From a virus: a stretch of DNA of 64,000 nt. The stretch covers positions 1 to 64,000 of IMG/VR virus record IMGVR_UViG_3300032291_002123; one strand, 5' to 3'. The notes beneath the pieces were generated by a model that saw nothing but the letters and a program-made list of their open reading frames with translations, made no database searches and was not told the origin of the DNA. Of this stretch, positions 1 through 10,848 are shown in pieces. Numbering within the stretch: position 1 is the first letter of the stretch; every line of letters begins with the position of its first letter. The position numbers and the translations under genes were made by a program.

Positions 1-3000
1 ACTGAATCGACCTGCCAATCTGCTACTAGTTGTAAGTCAATCTGCTCTGGGAAGGCAGGGTTGTTTGGAACTTGAACTTTAATTGAGTCAATTTTACGAA
101 CAATAACGTCTTTACGTGGCTCAAGCACGCTGTTCAAACGAGTTTTCACAAAGTTGTCGTTAATGACAATAGAGCACCAATCACCAGGATTGTAAGACCC
201 GATAACAGGGTTCAATGAACCATTTACAGAAATCACAAAGTCTCCGACAGGCGGTCTAGATTCTTTTAAGAATCTTTCAGCATACTGATAGTAACCAGTT
301 TCGTCGTCATAGTTGTCTATCGGGTCAACAAACGCCGACTGAGCAGATTGAATGGGCCATTCTCTAGTTTCCTTTTTATCCAGCAAGGGCCAACCATCGG
401 CTAGCAACGACACTTCCGATGCACCAGAATAAGCAACTTCAGTCCCGCTGCCTACTCGGTTATCGTTGCCAACAACAAACATTCGTGTGGCAGAGTTTTC
501 AGCGTTTTCTGACATGCTTACGTTAGAGATGCTGCCTGGGTACTCAAATATCAACTTATCCGCACCGAACGCTTTAGGGTGTGCAACTTGACCTTTTGCT
601 AGTTTTTGGCTGGGCAGGGTTTTCAGGTATTCGGTTAGTGTAGGTGGATAGATTGGCGTAAGAACAAATTTCCTATTGAAAGTTTTAGTGCCATCCAAAT
701 TAGTAACTAGGCTTACATCGATTCGGTAGTCAAACCCCTCTAACGTGTTGCTATACCCCTCTAAAATTTCAGCAACAGTCAATAACTGGCTTCCAAAAAT
801 TGGGGTGGTAGTAGAATTTTTACTGCTATATTTATTGTCAGAAAAAGTCAATCCGCCTATAGAAGAGTTGGCAGGGTACTCGCCGTAAGTTCTATATAAC
901 AACTGAGGCTCTCTAATCGCCATAGGCGCTGGAATTACATACCCATCGGCTACCACGTTGACGGAAGCATAGGACGTTACCGATATCCTGCCAGTTTTTA
1001 TGGCTTTATTTCTAAAATCGCTGGTTTCTTCAGTGGACAATACGATTGAGCCAATATAAGAATCTAATACAGTTCTTTCTCCGTTAGCAAATGCAGAAAC
1101 TCCAGTAACATTTACTACGTCTCCAGATACTATGTTGTGGGCACCATCTCCTCCAAACGCCAACTCATTCAATCCACTGTTAATGTAAAACTGAGGCAGA
1201 GTAGGGGTTCCACTTAGACTTTTAATGACTCCGTTAACTTTTAGGTTGTAACTGAAAGTATTTTGAGTTACTGATGTAATTTTGATTCTTTGAAGGTTTT
1301 GGCTAAAAGCAGAGTATTTCAATCCAATTATTTGAATATATACTTCATCGTTTACTGAGAATCCATGATTTTCTGCAGTTACTGTTGCAACCGTGCCATT
1401 AGAAGACCTAGACAACCCAGTCAATCTAACTGAACCTGGATAATTAGCATTAGGAACTACAACAGCGGTGCCAGGCGTGCCCATAGCACCGCTGAGTAAG
1501 GCAGTGTCTGGCACATTAGCAGTTAAGTTTGGGGGCATAACTTTACGGCTATCAGTTCGATATCTATTGTCTATTAATATGAACGCAGCGTTGCTGCCAA
1601 AAGTTTCGTCGATAAAATAGTCTTTTACTGTCACATAAAAATCATTTAAAAAAGAATAATCTTCTTGCAAACCGCTAACAGTCATTTTGTCGCCAGGGCT
1701 TATAAACGGTCTATCTGACAAATTGTAAGTCTTCGCTGGGAAAAAAGCAGACGGCTTAGGAGATGGAAAAGTTATAGTGCCTGTGGACAAACTATCTGCT
1801 TCAGTGTCTATAAATAAAAAGTAGTTTTGGTCTACCTGTCTTACAGTTATTTCCTTATTGTATCGGGTTAAGTTGGGGACAGTCTGTACAAATCTTAGGT
1901 TGTAAGTCAAGAACCCACTCGCTGGAACGCTCTCATTAGTTACCACTCCCGTCAACGTCACAGAAGGAATTGGCACGTTATTTACGGTGCTTGTTTGACT
2001 CACTACTATTGATGCAGAAGCAGCGGCATCGCCATATATTGCTAAAGGAACGCTGTAGTTACTCTGAGCAACCACTAAGGTGCTAGAAGTACTTTCTAAC
2101 GGAAAGAGGGTCTTTGAACCAGGAATTACGGACGTGTTTACGCCGCCAACCCTAGAGGTGTCGTAAGGATAAAAAGCAAAAGATGACATCGAAGATATAG
2201 TTACCACCGTGTTTGAGTTAGGGGTGATTGGCAAAGGAGAAGATAAATTAATAGAAAGTTTTCCATTGCTACCAGCCCCAGGGGTTGGAGTGTAAGACAT
2301 GGAAGTTGCGGTTCTTGTGAAAGTAGTAGTGGTCGGGCCGCTCACGTTTCCAAAGTCATATATATTAATTGCCGACGAGTTTTTAGCGTTAGACAGCCCA
2401 CAGTAGAAAACTACGTTAGTGCTATTGGGGATACTGCTTACTTTCCAGTTACCATTTAGCCAAGAAGTATCTAAAGTGGCATTGGTGCTGTTATTACTGG
2501 CGCTAACAGTTGCAGCAAAACCAGAAATAGATAAACTAGCCCCGACGTCAATAAGGGGGTCTAAAGTATGAGCAGCAGCAAAAGACAGTCTTACATAGTA
2601 GTTAGAGTAACTAATTGCAGTCACCACTGGGTAAGAGGGTAGAGGTACTGGTGCCAAACTTAGTTTTTTAAGGTTACGGACAACAAAACTATCTCTGCCC
2701 AACTCCGGACATAACACAGAAAAACTATTGGCGTCTACAACAGTGTGGACTTTGTAGTTTCTGTAGATAGCACTAATGTTTTTGCCGCCTGGGACAGTAG
2801 TAAAGTCAGGGTAACTAGCAAAACTAGGACCGCCCTCTATGGCGAAAACCGCTCCTATATCTGACTGAAGTAGACCGTGTGGAGATTCACAAGTCACGAG
2901 CATTCCCTTAGCAGCGCCATTGTAAGATAATTCAGTAATAACAGGGCGAGTAAAATTAGGCGTTATAAATTCTCCAGAGCCAGAAGTAAATCCAGATAGT

Positions 3001-5735
3001 TTTACTGAAGAGCCAGAGCGTATGTTATTTCCTAATTGATTGTCGTCGCAAAAAACTTGCACTAGTTTTTCATTAGGATTCATCCCAAAAGATATATATT
3101 TAATGGAATTTACATTCACTGTGCGTGCTGGCTGGTTCACAATTTGGGGGGCAGATTCTATTTTATAAAAAATATTATTGGCATTGGTGGTCTGAGGTTC
3201 GTATGTTGATAAAATTGCAGATTTGCCAAACTCTACTGACTTAATTATGTATTCTTTTTCGTTTGCCATTTTTAACTCAGTCGTGTATGTAAAAGTATTT
3301 TCGTTCGGGACGTCATCAATTACAATAGTCTCACCACCATTTGACAGGCTCTTATAAGACTCATTATCAAACAAAATTTTAATAGAGTCACCAGGAAACA
3401 AATTATGATTAGGCGAATATATATAGGCTGTATAAGCACCTCCACTTCTAACAGTCGATGCAGATATAACCCTAGCCCTCACTAAAGAGTCTTGTATCTC
3501 TAGGCTGGTTCTAAACCTAGTTACGCTACCTTGCTTGGGTTGATTAACAGCGGCAGTAGGTAAGACAACCGTTTTATTGTCTTTCTTGGTTCTAAGAGAG
3601 TAGGAAAACTTATCTGCATCGTTTACCGCAGTTACTTTATATGTCCCGCCATAAGTTTCTTGGTCTTTGCTGTCAGTGCCAGCAGTAGATAATTCAATTT
3701 TTACAGAGTCACCAACGTTTAAAAGATGCCTACCGTTAGTAGTAATGGTGACAACGTTTGGAGTTTTTCCCTTAGCAGGAGTGTATCTAAGGTTAGTAAT
3801 GGGGAATATTGTCCCCGGTTCCTGAGTCAATGCCCCCCTTAACTCACTTGCTGCAGGGAAGTATTGAATCCAAGTAGTTCCGTTAACCGAAAAAGTAGGA
3901 TTTTCAGTCAAAGTAGTTAATGCTGTAACGTCTGATGGTCCGTCTGCGGTGACCACCCAAAAGTTGCCACTCACTTCTATATCTTTAATAGCCAAGTATG
4001 TGCCGTTTAGGTAATCCCTAGAATCACTCATCCCAGCAATTAAAAAGTTGTCGCCTTCTCTACAACTTACGTTTCTATCGATACCTAAAGTATTGGTTTT
4101 TACAACATAAAATTTTATTACAGTTCCGTATACAGAGTCGGAAACTACTTCATATTGTCTTACAGTGAACGGAGTTCCACCGTCTACTTCAAAAATTCTG
4201 TGATTGCCGTTGTATCTAGGGTAGTCCCAAGATATGTCATCGACACCTTCTACCCTAATTCGGTCATCAATATTAAATCCATGAGAATTTTTGCTAAAAA
4301 TTCTTAAAAATCCTCTTTCTTCTGAACCTTGAACAAAATTTTTGTTTAAGTCAAGAGGATTTAAATTAGTTAGCGGAATATTAAATCTGGGGTCAGTGTA
4401 TTTAGGGTCAGTGTAGGAAATAGTGTTGTCTGTGACCGCAGTAATAAGAAGCGTCTGATTGCCATTGTATTTAAAAGTATTAGTTGAAATATTTTTCTTT
4501 TTAGCAGAATCATAGACAGGCATCATTGCTGGCTTTTTGTCAGCCATAGTTACTTTAATCTTTGTGCCGTATTCAAACTGGTGTGGAGACGCCAACGTCA
4601 TAGTAACTACGCCGTTTATTCTTTGTACCTTGGTGACGTTTTCTCTTAAGAAACTTACCGATTGCCTCATGTATATAGGCGTTCTTTGAATTGTGCTGGC
4701 AACGTCAACAGGAGTAGCAAGACTATTGTCTAGGAAAATAGGGAAGTTTCTATCTCTAACTTGAGTTGGGTTACTTACCACAAACTTGACAGATTTGTTG
4801 GTAGGCAGTTCAGTAACAGTGTGAATTCCATCGAGCATTCGGTCAACGTTAGCCAACTCTATCCTCTGACCAACTACCAAACTGTGAGGCTCGGCGCATT
4901 GGATAGTGGCGACTCCATAAACGCTATTGGTAATAGAAAGTTGCTTAGTAGTAATATCTATCTGCTTAGTGATGCCCGGTTCAATAATTTCGTTTGGAAA
5001 ATCTAAATTAGTGAAGTCATTGAAAACGTTGTCTAGCAAGTCTCTTAGATATCCGTAGGTATCTACTCGAACGTTTACTGAAACGTTGTTGTATACGCCA
5101 GTGCTAGGCACTGGAAGTCTAGGGATATCTACATAAAAACTGTCAAGTTGAGGGTTAAAGTTTGCAGCAGGGGCGCTAGTTGTCTCAAGCACTGGATAAA
5201 AACCAGTGTATTTTCTTTCGTTGTTGGCAACAAAAGTAACTTCGACTTTGTTGGGGTTTCCGAATCCATCGCTAGCAGTGAGCGGAGCCTTTAAGTATGC
5301 GTTCTTTATGACCACCAGAACTGGCGAGGTAGGGGTGTCTTTAAATAAGTCGCAACTGTAGACGTTGCTGTAAGCCTTCCAAATAATTCTGTGGCTTAAG
5401 TAACTCGTAAACTCGGTAGCCGAGACAGAAAGACTTCTGCCAGTGAGGTCATAAGTGCGTCCCCAGATAATTCCGCCCCAAGTCGCCACGTTGTCACGAA
5501 CTACATACAAAGCAGTTCTACCTGGCATGGTTGAATTATATAAATCTAAGTTATTAGTTTGCTCCGAGATTGTGATTTTGCCCTCGAAGGCTCCGGGCTG
5601 CTTTAGTGAACGTTCGTAACTTACGTCTTCAAATGGGATTTCGCCGACAATTTTGTTTGACACGATATCAACCGTGTAGTACTTATACCTAGGTGCAGTA
5701 GCACTAGTTATAGGAACAATATTGCTGTCTGGCAT
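1..5735 (-). CDS. Minor tail / tail hub (Tal-like) protein, >1900 aa, with many inserted beta-repeat modules; 3' end just outside the window
   Basis: Absent from the ORF track because no stop lies inside the window. ATG at 5733-5735 with GAGGA RBS. N-terminus reads MPDSNIVPITSATAPRYKYYTVDIVSNKIVGEIPFEDVSYERSLKQPGAFEG...WGGIIWGRTY, typical of actinophage hub proteins. The same frame reads ...PAFPEQIDLQLVADWQVDS at the left edge. It follows tape measure and Dit. Confidence 0.8.
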   Translation of the reverse strand, partial: MPDSNIVPITSATAPRYKYYTVDIVSNKIVGEIPFEDVSYERSLKQPGAFEGKITISEQTNNLDLYNSTMPGRTALYVVRDNVATWGGIIWGRTYDLTGRSLSVSATEFTSYLSHRIIWKAYSNVYSCDLFKDTPTSPVLVVIKNAYLKAPLTASDGFGNPNKVEVTFVANNERKYTGFYPVLETTSAPAANFNPQLDSFYVDIPRLPVPSTGVYNNVSVNVRVDTYGYLRDLLDNVFNDFTNLDFPNEIIEPGITKQIDITTKQLSITNSVYGVATIQCAEPHSLVVGQRIELANVDRMLDGIHTVTELPTNKSVKFVVSNPTQVRDRNFPIFLDNSLATPVDVASTIQRTPIYMRQSVSFLRENVTKVQRINGVVTMTLASPHQFEYGTKIKVTMADKKPAMMPVYDSAKKKNISTNTFKYNGNQTLLITAVTDNTISYTDPKYTDPRFNIPLTNLNPLDLNKNFVQGSEERGFLRIFSKNSHGFNIDDRIRVEGVDDISWDYPRYNGNHRIFEVDGGTPFTVRQYEVVSDSVYGTVIKFYVVKTNTLGIDRNVSCREGDNFLIAGMSDSRDYLNGTYLAIKDIEVSGNFWVVTADGPSDVTALTTLTENPTFSVNGTTWIQYFPAASELRGALTQEPGTIFPITNLRYTPAKGKTPNVVTITTNGRHLLNVGDSVKIELSTAGTDSKDQETYGGTYKVTAVNDADKFSYSLRTKKDNKTVVLPTAAVNQPKQGSVTRFRTSLEIQDSLVRARVISASTVRSGGAYTAYIYSPNHNLFPGDSIKILFDNESYKSLSNGGETIVIDDVPNENTFTYTTELKMANEKEYIIKSVEFGKSAILSTYEPQTTNANNIFYKIESAPQIVNQPARTVNVNSIKYISFGMNPNEKLVQVFCDDNQLGNNIRSGSSVKLSGFTSGSGEFITPNFTRPVITELSYNGAAKGMLVTCESPHGLLQSDIGAVFAIEGGPSFASYPDFTTVPGGKNISAIYRNYKVHTVVDANSFSVLCPELGRDSFVVRNLKKLSLAPVPLPSYPVVTAISYSNYYVRLSFAAAHTLDPLIDVGASLSISGFAATVSASNNSTNATLDTSWLNGNWKVSSIPNSTNVVFYCGLSNAKNSSAINIYDFGNVSGPTTTTFTRTATSMSYTPTPGAGSNGKLSINLSSPLPITPNSNTVVTISSMSSFAFYPYDTSRVGGVNTSVIPGSKTLFPLESTSSTLVVAQSNYSVPLAIYGDAAASASIVVSQTSTVNNVPIPSVTLTGVVTNESVPASGFLTYNLRFVQTVPNLTRYNKEITVRQVDQNYFLFIDTEADSLSTGTITFPSPKPSAFFPAKTYNLSDRPFISPGDKMTVSGLQEDYSFLNDFYVTVKDYFIDETFGSNAAFILIDNRYRTDSRKVMPPNLTANVPDTALLSGAMGTPGTAVVVPNANYPGSVRLTGLSRSSNGTVATVTAENHGFSVNDEVYIQIIGLKYSAFSQNLQRIKITSVTQNTFSYNLKVNGVIKSLSGTPTLPQFYINSGLNELAFGGDGAHNIVSGDVVNVTGVSAFANGERTVLDSYIGSIVLSTEETSDFRNKAIKTGRISVTSYASVNVVADGYVIPAPMAIREPQLLYRTYGEYPANSSIGGLTFSDNKYSSKNSTTTPIFGSQLLTVAEILEGYSNTLEGFDYRIDVSLVTNLDGTKTFNRKFVLTPIYPPTLTEYLKTLPSQKLAKGQVAHPKAFGADKLIFEYPGSISNVSMSENAENSATRMFVVGNDNRVGSGTEVAYSGASEVSLLADGWPLLDKKETREWPIQSAQSAFVDPIDNYDDETGYYQYAERFLKESRPPVGDFVISVNGSLNPVIGSYNPGDWCSIVINDNFVKTRLNSVLEPRKDVIVRKIDSIKVQVPNNPAFPEQIDLQLVADWQVDS

Positions 5736-5771
5736 TTCATCCTCAGTCCGAGCGTCTTTATACTAACTATT

Positions 5772-7148
5772 CTAACCTATCCAGCCAGAGCGATATTTCA
5801 CCGTCACTGTTGGAGAGCCGCCACTGTTAGTGAAGTTTACGGCGTTGTTACCGGGGTTTAATTTCAACCAATCGACTGTAGTGTTTAGGGAGGCACGAGA
5901 ATTATCTGGAGTTCCTCTGTATAGGACAGTGCCGTTATACGTGTCAATGCTTAATGTGTCAGCGCCAACCAATGCGACGTTTCCAGTTGCTTGGGTAGCG
6001 GAGGAAACCTGCAATGAGACAGTTCCGCCAGCACCGATAGTGGCGTTTGGGTAGGTTTTGGTAAAAGTAAATCTACTGGTGTTTGCGCTTACGGTATTAG
6101 CAGTTACAGTGTAAGCGCCGTCAATCAATGGGTCAAAACAGTCTTTGATATAAATAGTTGCAGCATTAGCCAATCCGTGAGCAGTATTGGTAGTTACAGT
6201 CACAACGTTGCTTACTACCGTGATTCCAGTAATGCTTACTTTAGGGTTGGGGTAACTAAGAGTTGTGTTGGTAGCAGTGCTAATAACTACGTTAGTTTGG
6301 TTGAAACTGGTGACGTTAGTAATAGTTACAGTGTCTCCAGCAAAGAAACCGTGATTTCCAGAGAAGGTCAGGGTAGCAACTCCAGCAGAAGCCTCTCTAT
6401 TAGTGACAGTAGTAGAAGTGTTTGAGTTGCTAAACCCGTTTGCCCTAAGAGTTCTAGTTATCCTAAGAACTTGAGTGGCGTTGTTGGCGCTACTAAATTG
6501 GATAGCAGACGGTGCAGTAGACGCTCCGCTAATGGTAATAACCACGGGAACAGGCACATTACCAGAGTTTGTAACAGTGCTTGAGTAAGCAATGTTTGCA
6601 GTTTGATACCCGTCAACAGGGTCTACGCCATCGTTCCAATAATACTTAAGCGGGTCTCCAGCACGGAGTTGGATAGTGAAATCCATACGTCCACGAGCGT
6701 TGACGTTCTTAACAGAAGGTGAGCCAATTAGTCTCACGAAGGCAGCCTTCTTGTAGTCAGGCTCGTTCACAATTAGCCAGCCGCCAGTCTTTAATAACGG
6801 CGAAATGTATTCAAAAAAAGTATTTCTTGCGGTTGCAGCAACGCTTGCATCTGGAACCAAGATGCTACCGCTAAGAGTTAGAGAACGAGCAATCCAACGT
6901 CCACGAACGTCGTAAGAGCCGTCATCTAATCCACGCTGAATATCTGGAACGTCGGCGTTAGGTAAGTCCCACCAACCTTCAATGTCAGTGCAAACCCAAA
7001 CAACTCCAGTTGCTTCATCAGCAGTGTTAAGAGTTAAGCCGTTGATTTTGACATCAGCCAGCAACTTCATACCCGTTATGTGCGGATACGGCACCTTACG
7101 GAGAGTGTTATTGACAAGTCTGTTTTCTTGTGACTGATTGAGAGTCAT
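5772..7148 (-). CDS. Distal tail protein (Dit-like) with inserted beta-repeat modules
   Basis: Directly after tape measure. Motifs IEGWWDLP, FTIQLRAGDPLKY, VTNSGNVPVPVVITISG, WLKLNPGNN and terminal YRSGW. Confidence 0.8.
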   Translation of the reverse strand: MTLNQSQENRLVNNTLRKVPYPHITGMKLLADVKINGLTLNTADEATGVVWVCTDIEGWWDLPNADVPDIQRGLDDGSYDVRGRWIARSLTLSGSILVPDASVAATARNTFFEYISPLLKTGGWLIVNEPDYKKAAFVRLIGSPSVKNVNARGRMDFTIQLRAGDPLKYYWNDGVDPVDGYQTANIAYSSTVTNSGNVPVPVVITISGASTAPSAIQFSSANNATQVLRITRTLRANGFSNSNTSTTVTNREASAGVATLTFSGNHGFFAGDTVTITNVTSFNQTNVVISTATNTTLSYPNPKVSITGITVVSNVVTVTTNTAHGLANAATIYIKDCFDPLIDGAYTVTANTVSANTSRFTFTKTYPNATIGAGGTVSLQVSSATQATGNVALVGADTLSIDTYNGTVLYRGTPDNSRASLNTTVDWLKLNPGNNAVNFTNSGGSPTVTVKYRSGWIG

Positions 7149-10100
7149 TAGATTCTTCCGCCCATGTTAAGTGCTGAGTTAAGTTTTTGAGCAACCATTG
7201 ACGCTACTTGTCCTTCGTCCATACCGGGAGCGGCGTTTACAGTAATGGAGACGTTGTTACCAGCAGCAGATTGCATGCTTGCGGTGTTTTGAAGTCTGTC
7301 AATAGAACCAGAGTTGATTGCGTCTAGAAGTGGTCGGTATCGGTAAGTAGACGCTGCGTTGATTACATACTCGCCAGCAGATAGCCAAGAGAGGATGTTG
7401 TCCGAGCGAGGTCCTTGCGCTCCAGCAACATTTCCGTTAGCAAACTTAGGTAGCCAACCGCCGTCTTTTTTCGGGGCGGCAAGTCTGTATTTACTCCCTC
7501 GCTTACCGTAGTTAATTTCCTGAAAGCCACCGTCTTTATTTGATTTAGTGGAAATATATAGAGGAAGTTTATTCATGTCATCCGCTAGTTTACTTTGAAG
7601 TTTTTCAGCAGTACCAGTTTGCCACTCAGCGGTAAGAGTTGTAGGCGTAGTCTGAAGTTGTACTGCCATCAAATCTTGGAAGCCAATCCCAAATCGTTCC
7701 ATCAAACTAGCAGGGTCTAGGGAGGCAATTAATGACTCCATGGCTCTTGACATATTAGGGTTTTGTTTTCTAATAGCAGCAATGATTATTTTTCTATCAA
7801 ACTGTGCAGCAACCTGACCAGCAAAATTTCCTCCTTGAAAATTTGCAATTTTTTCTAGGTCAGAACTTACTTCAGCAGCCTGTTCTTTAGTTGCAGATGC
7901 TATAGATGCTGCATACTTAGCGCCACCCTTACCCATACTAAGTAGTTGATTAAACGCCTTTTCACTTAACTTGCCTCTAGCAGCCATAAGATTTTTGGCA
8001 TAATCTGCAGCGGCGTCTGCCTGTTTATTTAGTGCGTCAAAGTAGTAACCGCTACTAAACCCGCTGGTGTCAAAGTCTTTGTAGTAATCTTTCCAAGAAT
8101 CTCCAGCGATGTCGTTATTCTTGGCAACGCTTATTGCCCACTTTTTGACATCTTCTTTGTTTTGTCTGAGAGGACCTTCAAAATCAAAGAAAGTGCCTAT
8201 AGTTTCAGTTAAAGTTTGATTAAATTGGTCTTGCTTAATCTTGGCAATAGCCATCCCCTCAATTGACTCTTTCACAATAAAGTCATATTCTTTTTGAGCG
8301 TTAGCAGAGCCATCTAAGTTGGTTACAGTTACGCCAAGAGATTTAGCGTATTCTTGAACACTCGCTCTTAGAGAATCCATTTCGGTATACGCAATTACAG
8401 TTTCCTCGCCAGTGAATTTTAAATTGTTGGTTAGGTAGTTCAATCCCTTACGAACTCCAGCCAAACCTTGAGTGCTAAATCTTTCGTTTAAGCCAGCGCC
8501 GAAACGTTCGAATGAGCCAGCCATATCTTGAGTTAAACTGCTGTAGGCGTTTAATGAGTTTACCCATCCAAAGCCATCAGCAGCCCTTTTCTGAGCACCA
8601 CCCAACTCTGCCATAGCAGTTTTTAAGTCTGTGACCTCTAATCTAAATGCTGTAAAGTGTTTTCCAGCCCCGCCGTTGCCAAGAATGCTGCTCCAGTTGG
8701 TTTTTTTGGCGTCATTGAATAGGGTTTTAAAAGAAGTTCGGGTATTTTTTGCTAAGCCAACAGTCTCTTTCATGTTTTGGTCAGCGACGCCAGCACTCCA
8801 GTTGGATAGAGCAACGCCGATTGCGGCAAACGCTGCAGCAAGACCCAACGCCCAGCCGATGCCTGGAATAGAAAGCAACGACGCTGTTATTCCTTTAGAA
8901 GCAACCGCAGTCGTAGCCTGAAGACCTGTTACAGCCGTACTTACTCCACCAACCGTAGTAGTAGTGGTAGCCATTGCAATTCCAGCAATCCTGCTTTGTA
9001 TACCTAGACCAACTAATGCCTTGCCAGCAAATCCAGCCGTCGCTGGTATAAATCTCAGCAGTATGAGGAATGGTGTTACGGCATTTTTAATCAACAAACC
9101 TACTATTGCGAATGCAAGAAATTGCACAGCCTTTTGCATTAGCCCAAGCGCAGCCACGAATCCAAAGATAGGTCCTACCGCATCAAGCAGAGGTTTTATA
9201 GTTTCTAAAGCCCTAGCAAATACTCTTAATGATTCGGCGACAGTGTCCAAAAACACAGAAGTTTGATTGTCATCAGCAACTACCTGAAGAATATTGACAA
9301 CTTGGTTTAGTACTCTTGCTAAGGCTGGTGCAGTTCTCACTGCCGCCTTAAGCAAAGAGTCGAAGTCGTTGTTTCCTTGTGCAAGGATATTCCAAAATTC
9401 TTTTACTTCAGGCATAGCACCTAGGTCAGTGAAAATATCAAATACGCCCTTAAAGGCGTTAAGTATTGCAATTGTGTTTTCGGCTGTCGACCTAAAATAA
9501 TTCTGAGCATTGAATGCTCTAATAGAGCCGTCCATTTTTTTGAACTCGCCAGTTGCTTTAACAAAGTAGTTAACAAGTAATTCTCCACCAGAGCCAGGAC
9601 CTGTTGTGTTAGAAATAAACTGCTTAATTCTCAGCCACAGATTGCCAAAAATTTCACCAAATTTAGATGCATATTCGCTAGACCTAGCGAAAAATCTTTG
9701 TATAGCACCGCCGTTATTTACCATGTCTGCGGCAAACTTGTCAGTTTTTCTGTTGAGGAAGTTGGTGAACTTAGTTAGAAGTGGGTCTGTAAGTTTTAGA
9801 TAAGTAAAGAAACCTCTAAGAGCGTTGCCAGCAGTAGTTCCGATGACGCCCAAGTTTTTAGCAATCGAGGAGAAAAACTCGCTCATTCCATTGATGGTGT
9901 CTTTAGTGAAAAAACTTTGACTAAAGTTTTTAGTAGCCTCACCCAAGCCTTTACCAACGTTGGCGATACCGTCTACTAAATTATCAAATGCTCCATTATT
10001 AAATAGAGTCTGCATTTGTTTTTGAAGAACTGGCAAGAAGCCTTTAGCGGCAGCCTCTCGCAACTGCTTCATTCGATATCGGTTTTCTACCAAGAACATG

Positions 10101-10834
10101 GCAAAAACTTTTTGAGACTTAGTTAAATCTGCGAACGGGTCTTTACCGCCAGCACCAGCCTTTTTCTTAGGATTGTTCAGTTCATCCTGAGCATCTTCGG
10201 CTTTATCCTTAGCCTTACGGTAATTAAGTTCTGCTTGCTTGTAGGCTAATTCAGCCTCACGGCGGGCACGGTTATCTGGCGGAAGATTTTGAACACGTGC
10301 AAGTGTTTCTCTTGCTTTTTCTAGTTTTAGGGCAGCACTTTCCTGTGCTAAAGCGGCGTCTTCGGCTGCAAAGGCTAACTCTTCCATCTCCTCACGGAGT
10401 TCTTTAATGCTTTTCTTAGCGCCACCTGCAGAGTTTGCAGCACTACTTACTGCAGCAGATATGCCATTGAAAGCCATTTTTCCAACGCTACTGGCAACTT
10501 TCATAGTCACCATCATGTTAGCCATGACTGTCATAGAAGATGCTGCAGAAGCAGTTACTCCAATAAGACCACCCAACCCACCGGCAAGTGCGCTAACGCT
10601 GCCTAGTAAGGCACCGATAGCCGCTTGAGCAAAGTAACCTTTTCGAGCCAAGGAAGTGAATTGATTGGCGTTAGCCATCATTTCTTGGGTTAATCCGCCA
10701 GAGAAGGCTTTACCTACAGATTTACCTTCGTCAGACGCAACTCCAGATAGACCTTTAAATCCGTCTCTAATATCCTTACGGACGTGAGTAGTTACAGCAC
10801 GAACGAGAATATGTGCTTCACCGACTACTGCCAT
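7148..10834 (-). CDS. Tape measure protein
   Basis: 1228 aa, Ala/Gly-rich and helical, downstream of the chaperone pair. N-terminus MAVVGEAHILVRA; C-terminal FANG..GPRSDNILSWLSAGEYVINA motif. Confidence 0.9.
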   Translation of the reverse strand: MAVVGEAHILVRAVTTHVRKDIRDGFKGLSGVASDEGKSVGKAFSGGLTQEMMANANQFTSLARKGYFAQAAIGALLGSVSALAGGLGGLIGVTASAASSMTVMANMMVTMKVASSVGKMAFNGISAAVSSAANSAGGAKKSIKELREEMEELAFAAEDAALAQESAALKLEKARETLARVQNLPPDNRARREAELAYKQAELNYRKAKDKAEDAQDELNNPKKKAGAGGKDPFADLTKSQKVFAMFLVENRYRMKQLREAAAKGFLPVLQKQMQTLFNNGAFDNLVDGIANVGKGLGEATKNFSQSFFTKDTINGMSEFFSSIAKNLGVIGTTAGNALRGFFTYLKLTDPLLTKFTNFLNRKTDKFAADMVNNGGAIQRFFARSSEYASKFGEIFGNLWLRIKQFISNTTGPGSGGELLVNYFVKATGEFKKMDGSIRAFNAQNYFRSTAENTIAILNAFKGVFDIFTDLGAMPEVKEFWNILAQGNNDFDSLLKAAVRTAPALARVLNQVVNILQVVADDNQTSVFLDTVAESLRVFARALETIKPLLDAVGPIFGFVAALGLMQKAVQFLAFAIVGLLIKNAVTPFLILLRFIPATAGFAGKALVGLGIQSRIAGIAMATTTTTVGGVSTAVTGLQATTAVASKGITASLLSIPGIGWALGLAAAFAAIGVALSNWSAGVADQNMKETVGLAKNTRTSFKTLFNDAKKTNWSSILGNGGAGKHFTAFRLEVTDLKTAMAELGGAQKRAADGFGWVNSLNAYSSLTQDMAGSFERFGAGLNERFSTQGLAGVRKGLNYLTNNLKFTGEETVIAYTEMDSLRASVQEYAKSLGVTVTNLDGSANAQKEYDFIVKESIEGMAIAKIKQDQFNQTLTETIGTFFDFEGPLRQNKEDVKKWAISVAKNNDIAGDSWKDYYKDFDTSGFSSGYYFDALNKQADAAADYAKNLMAARGKLSEKAFNQLLSMGKGGAKYAASIASATKEQAAEVSSDLEKIANFQGGNFAGQVAAQFDRKIIIAAIRKQNPNMSRAMESLIASLDPASLMERFGIGFQDLMAVQLQTTPTTLTAEWQTGTAEKLQSKLADDMNKLPLYISTKSNKDGGFQEINYGKRGSKYRLAAPKKDGGWLPKFANGNVAGAQGPRSDNILSWLSAGEYVINAASTYRYRPLLDAINSGSIDRLQNTASMQSAAGNNVSITVNAAPGMDEGQVASMVAQKLNSALNMGGRI

Positions 10835-10848
10835 AACTACTCACCTCC

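Noticed and set aside
4761-5006. Plus-strand 81-aa ORF
   Set aside because: Antisense shadow inside the long minus-strand tail gene; no RBS or recognisable motif.
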